Source: Actinomycetota bacterium (lineage in GTDB: Bacteria; Actinomycetota; UBA4738; HRBIN12). From it: a stretch of 64,000 bases of DNA. Location of the stretch: assembly GCA_046716145.1 (NCBI GenBank), contig JBKJXU010000097.1, positions 9,676-73,675 on the forward strand, written 5' to 3'. Shown here piece after piece: positions 9,127-19,956 of this stretch. Position 1 is the stretch's first letter. Each line of letters opens with the position of its first letter. The notes under the pieces were generated by a model. That model was not told the origin of the DNA. It saw only the letters and a program-made list of their open reading frames with translations, and made no database searches. The position numbers were made by a program, and so were the translations under genes.

Positions 9127-9695
9127 TCAGGGTAGCAGCCAGCCGGGCGCCGCCCGCTCAGCCCCCCGGACGGCGTCGAGGGCACGGCGCGCCTGCGCCA
9201 GGTGGAACCGATCGTGCCCCGCGATCATGCGGTGGGAGAGGTCGTAGCTCTCTGGTCCGCGCTCGCTGTGCATGCCGACGCGGCCACGTTCGTCGGCGGT
9301 CGATCGCTGCCACAGCGCCACGCTGGCCCGCTTCAACACCACGAGCGTGGCGATGAGTTCGTCGGGTTCCTCCCGGCTCCGATGCAGGTGGTCGACCCAC
9401 AGGTCCTGGTCGTAACCGATCAGGGGCGGCTCGTCATGGGCGATGATCCACCGATAGCGAGCCTCATGACGATCTCGGCGTCGACCTCGTGCGCGCGGCA
9501 CTCGAGGACGGACCACTCGGTCGGCGTGGGGCGGGTCGAGCGGTCCTCGCCGGCCTCCTCGAGGAGCCGCTCCCACGATGCCACCGTCTCCGACTGGACC
9601 TGGGCGGGGTCGTCCTCGCCGAGAAGGTCCAGCAGGTGCTGCTGGTAGGCCTCGGGTTCGCCGATCGGGTCGGGACTGGGCACAGCTCGGTCCAT
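9127..9695 (-). pseudogene. DinB/DUF664-family protein, apparent frameshift
   Basis: N-terminal part in ORF 9420-9695 (TPTEWSVLECRAHEVDAEIV) and C-terminal part in a different frame 9127-9576 (GYDQDLW...HSERGPESYDLSHRMIAGHDRFHLAQARRAL). Together a DinB_2-like protein split by a frame change near 9450-9570. Confidence 0.4.
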
Positions 9696-9704
9696 CGGTC
9701 GAGC

Positions 9705-11159
9705 CTACCGCGCGTCCTCACAGAGGAAGGCCGCGATGCGCTCGCCGATGACCACCGTGGGTAGGTTCGTGGTGGCACGGACGGTCCGCGGCATCAGCGA
9801 TGCATCCGCGACGATCAGCCCGTCCACTCCACGGACCCTCCCCCGATCGTCCGTGACGTCGCCCATCGCGCAGGTCCCGACCGGGTGCCAGCAATGGGCG
9901 ACGTTCGCCCTGATCACGACGGGCAGGTCCGCGTCGGGGCCCGGGACGAGCTCGCGGGCGAACAACTTCGCCATCGGCGCGGCCGCCAGGAACCGCCGGG
10001 CGCGCTCGACCCCCTCGATCAGGACCGCCAGATCGTGGCCAGCTTCATCGGTCAGGAAGCCGTGGTCCAGGATCGGCGAGGTCTCCGGATTTGCGTCCCG
10101 CAGCCGGAGCCGGCCCCGCGAGCGCGGGGTGAGGCACACCACGAAGAGACCGGGCTGCTCTCCACTCATCCGGACCTCGCTGAACAGATGCAGGTCGACG
10201 ACACCATCGGTGGCGAGCGAGCTCGCGAGGCTCGCGAACCCGAGCTCGTCGGGAAGAGCGCTGCCCGTCGCCGCGAACGCCGCGGTCCGGCGCTCGTACT
10301 CCTCGTTCGGCCGAAGGATCAGCTCGTAGGAGGGGTGGTCGTGCAGGTTGCCCCCGACGCCGGGGAGGTCGGCGACGATGTCGAGCCCGAGCGCACGGAG
10401 GTCGGTCGCCGGGCCGACGCCGCTGCGCAGCAGCATCGCGGGCGAGCCGTACGTGCCGCCGGCGAGCACGATGCGGCCGGCCCTCGCTTCGAACGCCCCG
10501 TCGGGTCCGATCGCCCGCACGCCGAGCGCACGGCCGTCTTCGATGAGGACGCGATCGACGAGCGTGTCGCCCTGGATCGTGAGGTGAGGGTCACCCCGGA
10601 CCGGATCGAGGTAGGCGAGCGCGGCGTTCCAACGGATCCCGCCGGGTGAGTTCGAGGGCTCCGCGCACACGCTCGGCCGCACATCGAGCGTCTGGAGTCG
10701 ATCCTCCAGAGGCAGGCCCAACGCCACCCCCGCCTCGATGAACGCGCGGTGCAGCGGCGACCAGTCCCCCTCCTCGAAGAGCCGTACCCGCATCCGCCGC
10801 GACGCCTCCTCGAACAGTGGCTGCAGCATGTCGGCCTCCCAGCCAGCGAGGCCCCAGCCGTCGTAGTCGGCCCGGTGACCCCACGACGCGGTGCATCCGT
10901 TGTGGGCCGAGCAGCCGCCGATCACTCGAGCCCGCTCGAACGGCAGACCGCCGTCCTCCGAGACGTAGCCCCAGTCGTGCGAGGTCGGGATCCGCGTCGC
11001 GTCGAGGAGATCAGCGGGCCAACGGCCCTCTGGCAACGCACCGTGGTCCGGCCCAGCTTCGAGGAGCAGCACGGACGCGCCGCCTTGGACCAACCGCGCC
11101 GCGACGACGGGACCCGCGGTCCCTCCACCGCAGACGATGACGTCGGCGCCCGCTGGCAT
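9705..11159 (-). CDS. GMC-family FAD-dependent oxidoreductase (ChoD/choline dehydrogenase-like)
   Basis: 484 aa; N-terminal VIVCGGGTAGPVVAARL FAD-binding fold, GMC signature regions. Confidence 0.85.
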   Translation of the reverse strand: MPAGADVIVCGGGTAGPVVAARLVQGGASVLLLEAGPDHGALPEGRWPADLLDATRIPTSHDWGYVSEDGGLPFERARVIGGCSAHNGCTASWGHRADYDGWGLAGWEADMLQPLFEEASRRMRVRLFEEGDWSPLHRAFIEAGVALGLPLEDRLQTLDVRPSVCAEPSNSPGGIRWNAALAYLDPVRGDPHLTIQGDTLVDRVLIEDGRALGVRAIGPDGAFEARAGRIVLAGGTYGSPAMLLRSGVGPATDLRALGLDIVADLPGVGGNLHDHPSYELILRPNEEYERRTAAFAATGSALPDELGFASLASSLATDGVVDLHLFSEVRMSGEQPGLFVVCLTPRSRGRLRLRDANPETSPILDHGFLTDEAGHDLAVLIEGVERARRFLAAAPMAKLFARELVPGPDADLPVVIRANVAHCWHPVGTCAMGDVTDDRGRVRGVDGLIVADASLMPRTVRATTNLPTVVIGERIAAFLCEDAR

Positions 11160-11186
11160 GACCAGCAGCGTAGTCGGTCGCGACGG

Positions 11187-11819
11187 TCAGCTCTCCTTGA
11201 CCACGTGCCCCGACTCGGCCACCCGCAGGTCCGTCATGCCGGAGTGCACGCGGTCGCCTTCCATCAGGACCTCGTCGGCATCGAGACGGCCCAACTCCTT
11301 GAGGCGCGTGAGCACGAACCGCAGCGACTCCTCGGGGCTCTGCGACAGCGTGTCCACCACGATCTCGGGGTCCTCCGGCACCTCGTAGGGTGCGTCAGGA
11401 CTCACGCCCGTGAACTCCTTGATCTCCCCCGCCAAGGCCTTCTTGTAGAGGCCCTTGGGGTCACGGTTCGCAGCGATCTCATCGACGGTGGCGTGCACGT
11501 ACACCTCGACGAACTCTCCGATCAGCGCACGGTTGGCGTCGCGGGTCTCCTTGTAGGGACTGATCGGGCAGCAGATCGTGGCCACGCCGTTGCGCGTGAG
11601 CAGGTTCGCGACGAACCCGATCCGCATGATGTTGAGGTCGCGGTCCTCTTTCGAGAACCCGAGGCCCTTGGACAGGTTCTGGCGGACCACGTCGCCGTCG
11701 AGGATCTCGGTCTTCATGCCGCGCGCCTGGAACTCGTGGAAGAGCATCTCGGCGATGGTGGACTTGCCCGAGCCCGAAAGGCCGGTGAACCACACGGTGA
11801 ACCCGTTCTGGTCGCTCAC
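11187..11819 (-). CDS. cysC: adenylylsulfate (APS) kinase
   Basis: 210 aa; P-loop GLSGSGKST, typical APS-kinase core; no ATP sulfurylase domain or adjacent cysDN/sat. Confidence 0.9.
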   Translation of the reverse strand: MSDQNGFTVWFTGLSGSGKSTIAEMLFHEFQARGMKTEILDGDVVRQNLSKGLGFSKEDRDLNIMRIGFVANLLTRNGVATICCPISPYKETRDANRALIGEFVEVYVHATVDEIAANRDPKGLYKKALAGEIKEFTGVSPDAPYEVPEDPEIVVDTLSQSPEESLRFVLTRLKELGRLDADEVLMEGDRVHSGMTDLRVAESGHVVKES

Positions 11820-13228
11820 TACAGGAAGCTCCTTCCGACGACGCCCGGCAGTGCCGTGGTCGAGTCGATGCCGTAGATGGACAGGATGGAGGGGCCCACG
11901 TCGACGAGGCTGAGCCCGTCGACCTTGCCCGTCTGCTGGCCGGTGAGCCCGGTCATGATGAAGATGCCGTCGCGGTCGTGGTTGGCGCCATCAGGACCGG
12001 TGTCGTTCTCGTAGGTGTAGAGGCTGGGGTTGCCCACCGAACCGACCGAGCGCCACTCCAGGTCGCCGAAGTAGACGATCAGGTCCGGCGCCACACCGCG
12101 AACCTCGGGGTAGGCGTCCTGCGGCTTGTGGACCTTGGTTCCCAGTGGAGTACCGTCGGGGCCGACCTGCGCCTCCAGCTTCGCGACCAGCTCGTTCCGT
12201 GTCGCCTCGTAGTTCGCGGGCTCGACGATCCCCCGCGGTTCGCGTCCCTTCACGTTCAGGAACAACCGCCCGTAGTAGCCGCCGTCGCCCCAGGCGGCCG
12301 TGCGGTCCCAGTCGATCTTCGCGTCCTTGATGGGGATCGGGCCGTCGGTGACGGGCTCCGACAGGACGAGGTGCCCTTCCTGGATGAGCCAGTCGTTGAA
12401 ACACAGGCCTCCCATCATCGGACGTGCGCCATGGTCGCTCATCACCATCGTGACGGCGTCACTCGGCACCAGCTCGAGGAAGTCGGCGAGCTGCCGGTCC
12501 AAGAACCGGTAGTAATCCTGGAACACCCCTTCGTACCTGTTCCCCGGCTCGTAGAGCGGGTGGCGGGGGTCGAAGTACTGCCAGAACACGTGATGCAGGC
12601 GGTCCGGCGCGATGTCGCACAGCATGAAGAAGTCCCACGGCTTGTTCTGGATCAACCGGCGCCCTACCTGGAACCGGCGCTCGGTCATCTTGAACACCTG
12701 ATCCAGCGTCACGTCGAACCCGGCCTGACGGAAATTGGGGATGTCGAAGATGTAGTTGCCCTTGCCCTCGAGCTCTTCCTCGATCTCGACCTCGAGCTCC
12801 TGGGGGAACGCCCACTTCTCGGCGCTCGGAGGGGTCAGGAAGCAGCCCACGCGCCAGCCGGGGAAGCTGGTGGGCGGCGGGAACGAGGGCGGGACGCCGA
12901 TCAGGACCGAGCGCTTCCCCTGGGCGCCGAGCGCATCCCAGACGGCGGGATGCTTGATCGCCCCCGAGTGCGCGATCGCGAGCCCGTCGTAGGTGGTGTC
13001 CTTGCGGTTGCGGAACCCGTAGATGCCCAACTGTCCGGGGACCGCGCCGGTCATGGCGCAGGCCCACGCGGGAACCGTGATCGGCGGCGTGATGGAGGCG
13101 AGGTCCCCGTACATGCCCTCACCCATCAGTTTCGCGATGGTGGGCACTTCGGCATGCAGATCCTCGAAGAGGAGCTTCGGGGTGCCGCAGTCAAGGCCGA
13201 CCACGACGACCCGGGGACCCTGCTGCAT
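11819..13228 (-). CDS. alkaline-phosphatase superfamily protein, type I phosphodiesterase/nucleotide pyrophosphatase family (paralog 1)
   Basis: 469 aa; VVVGLDCGTP...ITPPITVPAWACAMTGAVPGQLGIYGF (catalytic Thr region of PF01663-like enzymes), SDHG metal site; stop overlaps cysC start codon. Confidence 0.75.
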   Translation of the reverse strand: MQQGPRVVVVGLDCGTPKLLFEDLHAEVPTIAKLMGEGMYGDLASITPPITVPAWACAMTGAVPGQLGIYGFRNRKDTTYDGLAIAHSGAIKHPAVWDALGAQGKRSVLIGVPPSFPPPTSFPGWRVGCFLTPPSAEKWAFPQELEVEIEEELEGKGNYIFDIPNFRQAGFDVTLDQVFKMTERRFQVGRRLIQNKPWDFFMLCDIAPDRLHHVFWQYFDPRHPLYEPGNRYEGVFQDYYRFLDRQLADFLELVPSDAVTMVMSDHGARPMMGGLCFNDWLIQEGHLVLSEPVTDGPIPIKDAKIDWDRTAAWGDGGYYGRLFLNVKGREPRGIVEPANYEATRNELVAKLEAQVGPDGTPLGTKVHKPQDAYPEVRGVAPDLIVYFGDLEWRSVGSVGNPSLYTYENDTGPDGANHDRDGIFIMTGLTGQQTGKVDGLSLVDVGPSILSIYGIDSTTALPGVVGRSFL

Positions 13229-13359
13229 GACTGACTCCTTGGGCGTTCGGAGGTGTCCGGGGCGGGGCGGGCGCGCTGCCGCGCAAGGCTGCCTCCGCGG
13301 TTGGCGTATCCTACCAGCCGTCCTGCGCCCGACCGCGGGCGCGCGGAGGGCCTGCGGAC

Positions 13360-13755
13360 ATGTTCCTCCTACGACGCGTGCTGAAGATCCAGTCCGCCCT
13401 ATGGGCGCTCACGGGACTGGCGCTGGGACTGGTTCCACTTACGGTCCTCGAGGCGTTGGGGCAGTCCTCCGTCGAGGAAACCGCGTGGCTCCGCATGCTC
13501 GGCGTCACGGCCGTCGTCCTCGCACTGCTGATGTGGCTCGTCGCCGGGGCGCTCGATCAGGTGTGGTGGTGGGCGTGGGCCTTCGCCGTCCTGGAAGCAG
13601 GGGTGGCGACCCTCGCGCTCGTGAACGCGACCTTCAGCGTGGACCCGGGCGCGCCGGCGTGGGCGTGGTGGGTCATCGGCGGGGTCTCCGTCGCCCTCGC
13701 AGCCCTGGATCTCGTGGGGCTCGGGCGGACCAGTCAGGAGAAGCCGCAGGTCTAG
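13360..13755 (+). CDS. small integral membrane protein (hypothetical)
   Basis: 131 aa, 4 predicted TM helices, Trp-rich; only plausible coding frame in this gap. Confidence 0.4.
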   Translation: MFLLRRVLKIQSALWALTGLALGLVPLTVLEALGQSSVEETAWLRMLGVTAVVLALLMWLVAGALDQVWWWAWAFAVLEAGVATLALVNATFSVDPGAPAWAWWVIGGVSVALAALDLVGLGRTSQEKPQV

Positions 13756-14828
13756 GCAGCGGCGATGCGCTCCGAAGCGATGTGGTCGGCGGCCGCCGCA
13801 GGCGTGATCGCCTCGGTCTCCGCGGTAGCGAATATCCCTCGAAGCGTCTCGCCGATGCCCATGAGCCGATCCTGCACCTGTTCCCGGCTCCAACCCAGAC
13901 GCTCGTAGCCGGCCAGGTGGATCACCCCGCCGGCGTTCACGACGTAGTCGGGGGCATACAGGATCCCGGCCGCGGCGAGGCGCTCTGCGTCGTCGGGACG
14001 GGAAAGCTGGTTGTTCGCCGCACCTGCGACGATCCGACAGTGGAGGCGGTCGATCGTGGCCTCCTTCAGGACGCCACCGGTCGCACACGGCGAGAAGACG
14101 TCGCACGCCACGTCGAACTCCTCGCCCGCATCCACCATCTGCGCGCCGATCCGGTCAGACACGGCCGCGGCTCGCTCCGGATCCACGTCGGCCACCACGA
14201 GGTGCGCTCCATCGCTCGCCAGCAACTCCGCGAGCGGCGCGCCGACGGCGCCGGCGCCCTGGATCACCACGGTCCGACCGGACGGGTCGTCGGACCCGTA
14301 GACATGACCGAGCGCTGCCCGGATCCCGTGATACACGCCAAGTGCCGTGTCCGGGGCGCTCGAACCGGAGCCGCCGCGTTCCTCGGACATCCCCATCACG
14401 TTCGGGCACCTCGACGCCAGCATGTCCATGTCATGCTCGTTCGTGTTCATGTCGCACGCCGTCACGTAGCTCCCGCCGAGCGAGCCGATGAGGTCGGCGT
14501 ACCGATCCATGAGGCGGCGGCGGTCCTCCCCCTGCGGCACGGCCGGTACCGCGAGCACGGCTTTGCCCCCACCGAACGGGACGCCGGCGATCGCGTTCTT
14601 GAGGGTCATCGCCTGCGAGAGCCGCAGCACGTCGCGCACGGCGTCGGCGACCACGGCGTACGGCTTCATCCGGGTGCCGCCGAACCCGGGACCGAGTCTG
14701 GTCGAGTGCACCCCCACGAGCATCCATGTCTGGGTGGGCGCATCGAAACGGCTGGCGAGGAACTCACCGTCCCAGTCTCGAAGCAGCTCCTCGAACGCCA
14801 CAGGGGGAGTCTCTGCGGCCACGCGCAT
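13752..14828 (-). CDS. Leu/Val/Phe dehydrogenase family (valine dehydrogenase-like)
   Basis: 358 aa; Glu/Leu/Phe/Val dehydrogenase catalytic region GGGKAV and Rossmann GAGAVG. Confidence 0.85.
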   Translation of the reverse strand: MRVAAETPPVAFEELLRDWDGEFLASRFDAPTQTWMLVGVHSTRLGPGFGGTRMKPYAVVADAVRDVLRLSQAMTLKNAIAGVPFGGGKAVLAVPAVPQGEDRRRLMDRYADLIGSLGGSYVTACDMNTNEHDMDMLASRCPNVMGMSEERGGSGSSAPDTALGVYHGIRAALGHVYGSDDPSGRTVVIQGAGAVGAPLAELLASDGAHLVVADVDPERAAAVSDRIGAQMVDAGEEFDVACDVFSPCATGGVLKEATIDRLHCRIVAGAANNQLSRPDDAERLAAAGILYAPDYVVNAGGVIHLAGYERLGWSREQVQDRLMGIGETLRGIFATAETEAITPAAAADHIASERIAAA

Positions 14829-14831
14829 CTC

Positions 14832-15359
14832 CTACGCCGAGGCGCGCTCGACCGTGAAGTGGTGAGCGTAGATGCCGAAGTAGATACTCGGGTCGGTCAC
14901 GCGATGCTGCACGACGACCGTCCACCGACCGGCGGGAAGGAGCCTGCTCTTCTCCATCGTCAGCGAGTAGTCCTCCTCACCGATGCCTCCGGATACCTCG
15001 AGGGCGAAGGTCATCGAGGACGGTCGCATCGGGCGGTGGTCGCTCTCACGCAGCGCCTTGAACCGGAGCTGGCACACGCCGTCGCCGACCCCATCCACGA
15101 CGGGCTCGCAGGAGGCGCTGGCGTCCAGCCGAGCGACCACGAGCCCGTGCTCGTCTGCAGGAACGGTCATCTGCACACTGGTAACCGTGCTCCAGTTCGT
15201 GCCGGAGGTGCCCACCAGGTTCTCGCCGTAGGTGGTCTTCACGGCGGTGATCGCCCCGCCGGCCGACAGGTTCAGATCCGCGGCGCGGCGCCCGATCGCC
15301 GTCCCCACGAGTCCTCCGACGAGTGCCCCTGCGAGTACGAGCCCTATCCACCTGCGCAT
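14832..15359 (-). CDS. secreted hypothetical protein
   Basis: 175 aa with signal peptide/TM (IGLVLAGALVGGLVGTAIG). Confidence 0.5.
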   Translation of the reverse strand: MRRWIGLVLAGALVGGLVGTAIGRRAADLNLSAGGAITAVKTTYGENLVGTSGTNWSTVTSVQMTVPADEHGLVVARLDASASCEPVVDGVGDGVCQLRFKALRESDHRPMRPSSMTFALEVSGGIGEEDYSLTMEKSRLLPAGRWTVVVQHRVTDPSIYFGIYAHHFTVERASA

Positions 15360-15418
15360 GACCTTTTCCTCCCCAGCTCCGAGCGACAGGAGGGACCTTA
15401 CCCCCGGGGATAGCGAGA

Positions 15419-15446
15419 GGGGGCGGCCCTTCGGGCCACCCCCTGC
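15419..15446 (-). terminator. GC-rich hairpin downstream of groEL1
   Basis: GGGGGCGGCCC-TTCG-GGGCCACCCCC inverted repeat about 25 nt after the groEL stop. Confidence 0.4.
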
Positions 15447-15468
15447 ACGCGTGACGCGTCAGCCGGTA

Positions 15469-17097
<1,629 letters not shown>

Positions 17098-17400
17098 TTA
17101 CTTGTTGAGGACGGCGAGCACGTCACGAGCCGACAGGATGAGGTACTCCTCACCGTCGACCTTGACCTCGGTGCCGCCGTACTTCGAATAGATGACGACG
17201 TCGCCGACCTTCACGTCGAGCGCGACGCGGCCCGTGCCGTCTTCGTTCCACCGGCCGGGGCCGGCGGCCACGACGCTGCCCTCTTGGGGCTTCTCCTTCG
17301 CCGTGTCCGGGATCACGAGACCCGACGCGGTGGTCTGGTCCCCCTCGCTCGCCTGCACGACGATGCGGTCCTCGAGCGGCCGGAGCTTGAAGTCAGCCAT
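17098..17400 (-). CDS. groES: co-chaperonin GroES
   Basis: 100 aa typical GroES. Confidence 0.95.
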   Translation of the reverse strand: MADFKLRPLEDRIVVQASEGDQTTASGLVIPDTAKEKPQEGSVVAAGPGRWNEDGTGRVALDVKVGDVVIYSKYGGTEVKVDGEEYLILSARDVLAVLNK

Positions 17401-17454
17401 CCCTCGACACCCTCCTTCTTTCGTTCAACGACTACCTGTGCGGTGCCCCGCGGG

Positions 17455-17481
17455 TTAGCACTCCCGGGGCGTGAGTGCTAA
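17455..17481 (-). promoter_or_regulatory. CIRCE element (HrcA operator) upstream of groES
   Basis: Perfect TTAGCACTC-N9-GAGTGCTAA inverted repeat about 55 nt upstream of the groES start. Confidence 0.85.
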
Positions 17482-17540
17482 CAGGATAGCCATGAGAGTG
17501 CCAGAGGGTCAACGAGGGGGCGGAGAACCGTGGACGACCC

Positions 17541-18764
17541 CTACGCCACGTTGTACCAATACCGGTGGGGCGTGCCCGGGGTGGACGTCATGGCGATCAG
17601 CCCCGTCGAAGCGCTCACCGTCTGTTTGGTCGACGTGGGGTTCGACAGCGTGTACACGTCGTCGGTGGTCCAGGGAATCGGGGCCTCGAACACCGGTGCG
17701 GACGCCGTGGCATGCCAGACGTAGGTGTCTCCTCCTAAGACGTTGGCGAACACGTGCACCTCATCCGCCAGGGGATCCACCACCACGATGGGGCGTGTGA
17801 AGTTGGATGTGACATCGCTCACCTGCACGGGCGACCAACCGGTCGACGTGCGTCGCAGGAGCATGACCAAAGGATCTGCCGGACTGGGCACCAGCGCGTC
17901 GTTCAGACTCGTCTTGACCGTGGCGTAGAGGGTGTCGCCGACCGCCTTGATGTTCAGGTGATCATCGGCGCAGGCGGTCGACGCCGTGACCGGGCATCCG
18001 GTGGCAGCTCCGAACGCCTCCTCGATCGTGAAGCTGGTACGGGACCTAGGAGCGGTGTCGTCCCGCGAGGCGAACAGGAAGCGTTGCGAAGCCTGATCCG
18101 ACCACAGGACACCGATCCGCCCGGGGCCGTAGGCGACGACGGCGGCGATGTCGTCGCTCGTAACCCCCGTGTCGGACACCCGGCGGAACGTGAACGCCGA
18201 CCCCCCGACCGACAGGTAGCCCGCCTTGATGGCCGCGGACTGCTCGAAGGCGACCCAGATCCGCCCCGTCGAGTCCTTGGCCACGGTGATCGTTTCGACG
18301 TTGGCGGTCGTGATCGCGGTCGGCGTCCCTTGCGCCGTCCAACCACCGGAACCGTCGTACGAGAGCCGGTGAAGGAGGCTCACGCGCGGGTTGGTCTCGG
18401 TCCCGGGCTTGTTGTCACGCAGGGACACCAGCAACTCGCTCGCGTCGGCATCGTAGGAAGCGTCGGCCTTGGCCCAGGGGTCGCTCTCGGGGAGCAGCAG
18501 CACCGGGGTCCATCCGGTCGGGTCGAGCCGGAAGAGGTAGACACCCGGGGTCACGTCCTTGGCCAAACCCAAGGCGGCCCACCAGATGCCGTCGGGGGTG
18601 TAGAAGAGCTTGCTCTCGGGCTTCTGGCCGGTCGCTTCAGCCCCTCGGCTGCTGACGGCGGAGCCTCGGAAGGGGCCCGGGATCCCCACCGTGTCCGCCG
18701 CGCTCGCCGGAAGCGCGATCGCGATGACCGCGAACGTGGTGAGGGCGATGAGGGTTCTGCGCAT
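17541..18764 (-). CDS. secreted BNR/Asp-box repeat protein (possible glycoside hydrolase/sialidase-like beta-propeller)
   Basis: Signal peptide MRRTLIALTTFAVIAIALPASA; several S-x-D-x-G-x-x-W-like repeats (SYDGSGGWT, KDSTGRIWVA, STGWSPV). Confidence 0.5.
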   Translation of the reverse strand: MRRTLIALTTFAVIAIALPASAADTVGIPGPFRGSAVSSRGAEATGQKPESKLFYTPDGIWWAALGLAKDVTPGVYLFRLDPTGWTPVLLLPESDPWAKADASYDADASELLVSLRDNKPGTETNPRVSLLHRLSYDGSGGWTAQGTPTAITTANVETITVAKDSTGRIWVAFEQSAAIKAGYLSVGGSAFTFRRVSDTGVTSDDIAAVVAYGPGRIGVLWSDQASQRFLFASRDDTAPRSRTSFTIEEAFGAATGCPVTASTACADDHLNIKAVGDTLYATVKTSLNDALVPSPADPLVMLLRRTSTGWSPVQVSDVTSNFTRPIVVVDPLADEVHVFANVLGGDTYVWHATASAPVFEAPIPWTTDDVYTLSNPTSTKQTVSASTGLIAMTSTPGTPHRYWYNVA

Positions 18765-18897
18765 GGCTTGAGGTCGGCGTCGGCCGCTACTTGAGAGTGC
18801 CTGAGGGCGCGCGGGAACGTCAATGGGACGAAGGTCTCGCCACCGGGGGAGCCGAAGGGCCGCCACGGCGATGGTGTCCCGTTGTTAGTTTGCCCGC

Positions 18898-19956
18898 ATG
18901 CTGAGGGACCGGGCGATGCTGGTGGAGGGTGGCATCGGGCACCAGTCCGCACGCGTGACGGTGGCAACGGCTCGGTTGTTGCACGCCGCCGGGGTCCACG
19001 TCGAGGTCCTGAGCTGGAACCCGTTTACGCTCGCCGGATCCACGCGCGCCGTCTCGCGGGTCGTGCGCGTGCCCGACGCGGAGCGCGCCGCCGAGAGCTT
19101 CGCGGATGTGAGCGGGGACCGCCTGGTCCTGCCGACGAGCGATGCGGCCGCGCTCGGGCTCTCGCTCCCTGGGTCGGGCCTGGTGGACAAGCGGGCGTTG
19201 TACGCGTACGCCCGCGAGCGAGGGGTGCCCGTCCCGGCGACGGATGTCTTCCCCGACGCGGAGAGCCTTCGAGACGCCGCCGCGTCTCTCGCGTACCCGG
19301 TGATCCTCAAGCCTGCGATCGGCAAACCGGTGATCCGAGCACGGTCGGCTACCGACGTGGAACCGTTCCTGCGGCGCGTGCAGCCGTCGACCGCGATCCT
19401 GGTGCAGACCGTCTTGCAGGGTCGCGTGCGCGCGGTCGCCGGGGTGGCCCGCGCGGGTGCCCTGGTCGGCGTCGTGCACCAGGTCGCGATCCGGGGCTGG
19501 CCCTCGACGAGCGGCACGACGACAGCCGCCGTGACCTCGGCTCCCGACCTCGCCCTCGAGGCGCACACGGTTGCGCTCGTCTCCGATCACGACGGGATCT
19601 TCCACGCCCAGTTCCTGGGCGGGAACGTGCTCGACCTCAACCTTCGGCCCTACGGCAGTATCGCGTTGGCTGCGGCCGCGGGCGTCAACCTGCCCGCGCT
19701 CTGCGCGGCCCTGGAGGCACCCGGGGCCGACGAGCCGATCAGAGCCCGCTCCGGGGTTCGCTACCGATGGATCGAGGCGGACATCCGGTTGGCGGTGGCG
19801 CGGATCCGCCGATCCCCCGGACGGACACTCTCGATCGCCTGGGAGCATCGGCCTCGATCGGGCACCGCGCACGGGGACGCCTCCACGGTCCGCGACCTCG
19901 GCCCCGCGTTCGGCCGGCTCCGCCTGGGGCGCGCCGTATCCCGAGGGCAGCTGTGA
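18898..19956 (+). CDS. ATP-grasp domain ligase (paralog 1)
   Basis: 352 aa; ATP-grasp core (YPVILKPAIG...), preceding pre-ATP-grasp domain; 4-nt GTGA overlap with downstream glycosyltransferase. Confidence 0.7.
   Translation: MLRDRAMLVEGGIGHQSARVTVATARLLHAAGVHVEVLSWNPFTLAGSTRAVSRVVRVPDAERAAESFADVSGDRLVLPTSDAAALGLSLPGSGLVDKRALYAYARERGVPVPATDVFPDAESLRDAAASLAYPVILKPAIGKPVIRARSATDVEPFLRRVQPSTAILVQTVLQGRVRAVAGVARAGALVGVVHQVAIRGWPSTSGTTTAAVTSAPDLALEAHTVALVSDHDGIFHAQFLGGNVLDLNLRPYGSIALAAAAGVNLPALCAALEAPGADEPIRARSGVRYRWIEADIRLAVARIRRSPGRTLSIAWEHRPRSGTAHGDASTVRDLGPAFGRLRLGRAVSRGQL

Noticed and set aside
10749-13234. 375-aa and 418-aa plus-strand ORFs
   Set aside because: Antisense to the GMC oxidoreductase / cysC and to AlkP paralog 1.
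13023-15413. 796-aa plus-strand ORF
   Set aside because: Lies antisense to the well-supported Leu/Val dehydrogenase and secreted-protein genes. Arg/Gly/Ala-rich low-complexity translation typical of spurious ORFs in about 70% GC DNA.
15447-15459. acgcgtgacgcgt palindrome next to the groEL terminator hairpin
   Set aside because: Short perfect palindrome (MluI-like sites). It could be a protein-binding site but is too short to call. Not reported as a feature.
18820-19872. 350-aa minus-strand ORF
   Set aside because: Antisense/alternate frame of ATP-grasp 1. Arg-rich.
18882-19952. N-terminal 357 residues of the 729-aa track ORF 18882-21071
   Set aside because: Alternate frame of the ATP-grasp gene (Arg/Gly/Pro-rich). 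The real GT1 gene begins at GTG 19953, overlapping the ATP-grasp stop.
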